DNA of 62,829 bases, the filler included, from Klebsormidium nitens (Eukaryota; Plantae; Klebsormidiophyceae), in the NCBI GenBank assembly GCA_000708835.1. It is 11 parts of 11 records of this genome, joined end to end, with 100 filler letters (N's around TTAATTAATTAA, not from the genome) between each part and the next. Parts side by side here need not be neighbours in the genome. Positions count along the whole stretch, not along the records: positions 56,380 to 62,829 come from DF238355.1; 10 more parts are not named here. One strand, 5' to 3'. Numbering within the stretch: the stretch's first letter is position 1; every line of letters begins with the position of its first letter. Below the pieces are notes generated by a model, which saw only the letters and a program-made list of their open reading frames with translations, was not told the DNA's origin and searched no databases. The translations under genes and the position numbers were made by a program. Positions 59,859 through 62,829 of this stretch are shown here, piece after piece.

Positions 59859-60990
59859 TACGCACACTAGCGTGGGCATCAGCGAAATGCAGAACTGCTC
59901 TTCAGCTCTTCGATTGAAGCGTCTCTTATTACTTGATTTTATCGAAGATATGAAGAGGCTGTGCAACTATTCTGAATACATAGAGTGTTGTAACGACGGT
60001 TTACTGATAGTATATCCTGCACGAGCTGCAAAGTTGATTCACCTTTGAAGGATCATGGTCTAAGGTTTGTTCTTCTTGTGATTACGGGGTGTAAACAAGG
60101 TCTGTTACTCCGACTTAAACGAGATTGACGGCATTACTTGAACCTGAAACAGTGACATGAATAAAAGAATTGCAGCATCTCGTCGGAATCATGCGAGAGG
60201 CAATGCAAGTTTGAAGATGCTCCGCAAGTTCAGCATGGAGATGGCGTTAATCTGACTATACAACAATTCTCGTTTCTCTGCAGGCTGCAAAACTAGACAG
60301 AGACGTGTGGAGCAAGATTAGAGAAGATCCACAATTCACGCCGTCCCCGCCGCTGACCTGTCTTCATTTCGGGTGGAATCCTTTTCCTTGACCGTCTCGA
60401 AGTCGCCTCAGACATCAGGTATGTCCAGACCAAACCATTCATGAAGTTTTTCCACGTATCTGACAGGGCTTAACGAGTTTTAACGTCTGCCCCAACGGGA
60501 TCAGCCACCTACTAGGAAAGCGATCCTGCATGCACACGCGACAACCATCTATGATAGCATGAGATTCTGAGATTTGCGGGCAAAGCCTTTTAGTAGTTCC
60601 TGCGAGGAAGACACATACAGCAAAAATCCTTCATCAATAGGACCTAGGCAGCTCATAATCCGCCCTCCAACCCGGCTTGCTCTAGTATTCAGCTAGAAAC
60701 TAAGGGACCGGATCTCCTCATGTTCTCGAATCTTAAAGCTTCCTCATACTGTCGGCACGTTGCAGCTGAGAGGACGCGGGCACCATGGGCACATTGGGTG
60801 TCGAAAGTGACAAGGCAAGCTGTGCATGTATCCTCGATACGGATTCCAGGGGTTGGAAACGAAGGTTGGAAGAAGGTTGCACCATCGACAATGCGGTCAG
60901 CTTTTATTCAACACAAGTGAGCTCAAAAGTCTGTAGGGTAAAAGTAAGAAATTGGTTTTACCAGTTTCCAACCGCACGACGAACGAATCA

Positions 60991-62301
60991 ATTATTGCAG
61001 TGAGGCCCCTTGCCATGGCTCATCCTTGCCGTGGCTTTTCTCCTTGTTTTCTTTTCGCTGAGTTGCATAAGCCACAGCGGAGTCCGACCCACCACCGCGC
61101 TCATTCTTAGGCAGCTGAAACCTTTGTCCCTCGATCGAAAGCTTTGCAGAAACTCAACCACCGAGCTCATGACTGCCTTCAAGCCACTAGGATTGTTCTC
61201 GTGGTATTGATGAGCTCGGCATTATCGCAACCACGCTCCAAGCCAGCTCCTCCGGCTTCAAATCGAAATACCTGTCAAGCCTAGAAACAAGTCCTTTGCC
61301 TGAGCCACGTGATGGTCACAGGCTTACGGGACTTCATCTTGAAGAATGCAACTCTTGTCTAAGCTGCATCTTTCTTGCATTGAAAGTGCTCCGGTAGGTC
61401 GTCTCAAAGAGATTGCGAGCCTCCTTTGCGGTCTTGCACGCCTCAATCGACCCCAAATGATGGTCCTCAACGTTCAATTCAATGATGGCCAACCCTTACG
61501 TTGATTGAGATGCGTGCTCGCCGGGATCCGTCACACCAATTCTTAGATCCTTGGTTCTCAACAAGAACCTGATTTTGCGACCCCAATTGGTGTGGTTGTC
61601 TACATCAAATTTGTGTTCGTGGACTTTGAACCCGTCAGCCATTTTAGAATTTGCTTTTGTTTTCTTTTTTTCACAGGATCAAAGCCGGAAAATTTCCTTC
61701 CGGGCTTTCTGTTGAAACTCATGGTAGGGAGTTGTGGTGTAGTTGAGATGCTCATCATCGGGTCTTATCGTGTCGCGCGGCACCCATGCTCATCACTCAT
61801 TGATGGCGGCCATGCATTCTAAGAGGAACACACGAAGCGCCTCACAAACGGCTTCCTTCTCCACAAACTTCTCTTAGAAGGATGTATCACAATAGTAGTT
61901 TCCACCACTATAAGTCTACGGTTCTCTCCCGTTCCACTAGGCTCACTAGCCTAACTCACACACTACTAGGCTCACTAGCCTAGCTCACAGTCACACTCAA
62001 TCTTAGCGTTCGATATCCTCATCTACGGCTTACACTGACGGCCGCTCTCAACCGCCTAACCTTCAAACTGCCTAACGGTTTAACCGTCAACCGCCGTACA
62101 CGCATGTCGGCGTTCACTAGTTCAAACCCTAACTCGGGCGAACCCTAATCACATAGTAATTCGGCTGACCATATCACCGAATTCTAACACTTTCCTTGCC
62201 ACTTGATCCCCCTTACAGGGGTTCAAATGTCACTTGGCTTAAAGAGCACCCGTGACAAAGCAGACGGTCCCTACGATGCCTTCATTGCCAGAAGAGAACC
62301 A
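60991..62301 (-). pseudogene. Degenerate copia leader plus gag, same family as 11121-12668, interrupted by a solo LTR
   Basis: Colinear with 11121-11960 (leader, ATGGCTGACGG start, GACCATCATTTGGGGTCGATTGAGG etc.). Homology ends at the start of the CCHC knuckle. Confidence 0.82.
61710..62189. mobile_element. Solo LTR (480 bp) with 5-bp TSD
   Basis: TGTTG...TAACA termini flanked by CTTTC at 61705-61709 and 62190-62194. The empty site is visible in the homologous copia leader at ~11230. Confidence 0.9.
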
Positions 62302-62829
62302 TACGCAGATTTGCACCACGTTTTGCAAGTTTTTCCCCGTGACGGAACGTGGTCTCCTTCTTGCGGATTTCACGTCTTGCATATTTAATGGCTGCAAGTG
62401 ATAAAGACCGCTTCTTTACCAACGTTGTCGCGACACGAAGAGCATCCTTGGCTAATGTTCCTCCATGCCACAAAGGATTGTAAGCAAATCGGCTTCGCTA
62501 AGCAACTCAATCCAATCATCGTGTATAGACCCACCAACGGTGCCGCAATGAATCTTTGAGAGTCGGATTGCTTGGCTCCGTCCGACCGTTGGTCCAAGAA
62601 TGAAAGGTTGTGTATATAGCCAATCTAGCACTTGCCGATTGATTTGCATTAATACTTCGCCACGCTTGTGGACGAAACCAACAACCAGGCTTGGAGTCCC
62701 CTTGAGCAAAACGGCGAGATGGCCAAAGTGACTGAGCAGATCGTTTAATCCGTTGAGGTTGTGCTATTAAACGGTGATTAAGTCCGCCGAATTTTTGTAA
62801 AATCCATGAGCGCCGGCGTGCGTGCACAG

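Noticed and set aside
62302-62829. Minus-strand frames LLKGTPSLVVG... and NPLWHGGTLAKD... joined by a frameshift
   Set aside because: Possibly a decayed gene, but it runs off the window edge and has no recognisable motif.

Overview
Intron-rich, GC-rich eukaryotic nuclear DNA. The plant-like MED13, telo-boxes and copia/gypsy/Harbinger content suggest a streptophyte green alga such as Klebsormidium; this is inference, not a database result. The window is a scaffold with 10 artificial 100-nt gaps (N-TTAATTAATTAA-N). Two well-supported spliced host genes are present: a non-RD protein kinase (19025-24360, +) and Mediator subunit MED13 (35671-25887, -). They lie among dense, partly nested mobile-element debris: three pieces of one copia family, four other LTR families, a gypsy gag, a LINE 3' end, a two-ORF PIF/Harbinger element with both ORFs open, a Harbinger-type MITE, a TA-flanked Tc1/mariner-type non-autonomous element, and SINE-like heads. 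The most unusual part is 43.7-56.3 kb. There a virus/plasmid-type D5/P4 SF3 helicase sits directly behind an array of ~135-bp units with internal inverted repeats. A further copy of the unit lies 10 kb away, next to two tandem ORFs resembling the tyrosine recombinases of Polinton-like viruses/virophages. All family assignments come from motif recognition by eye; no searches were run.
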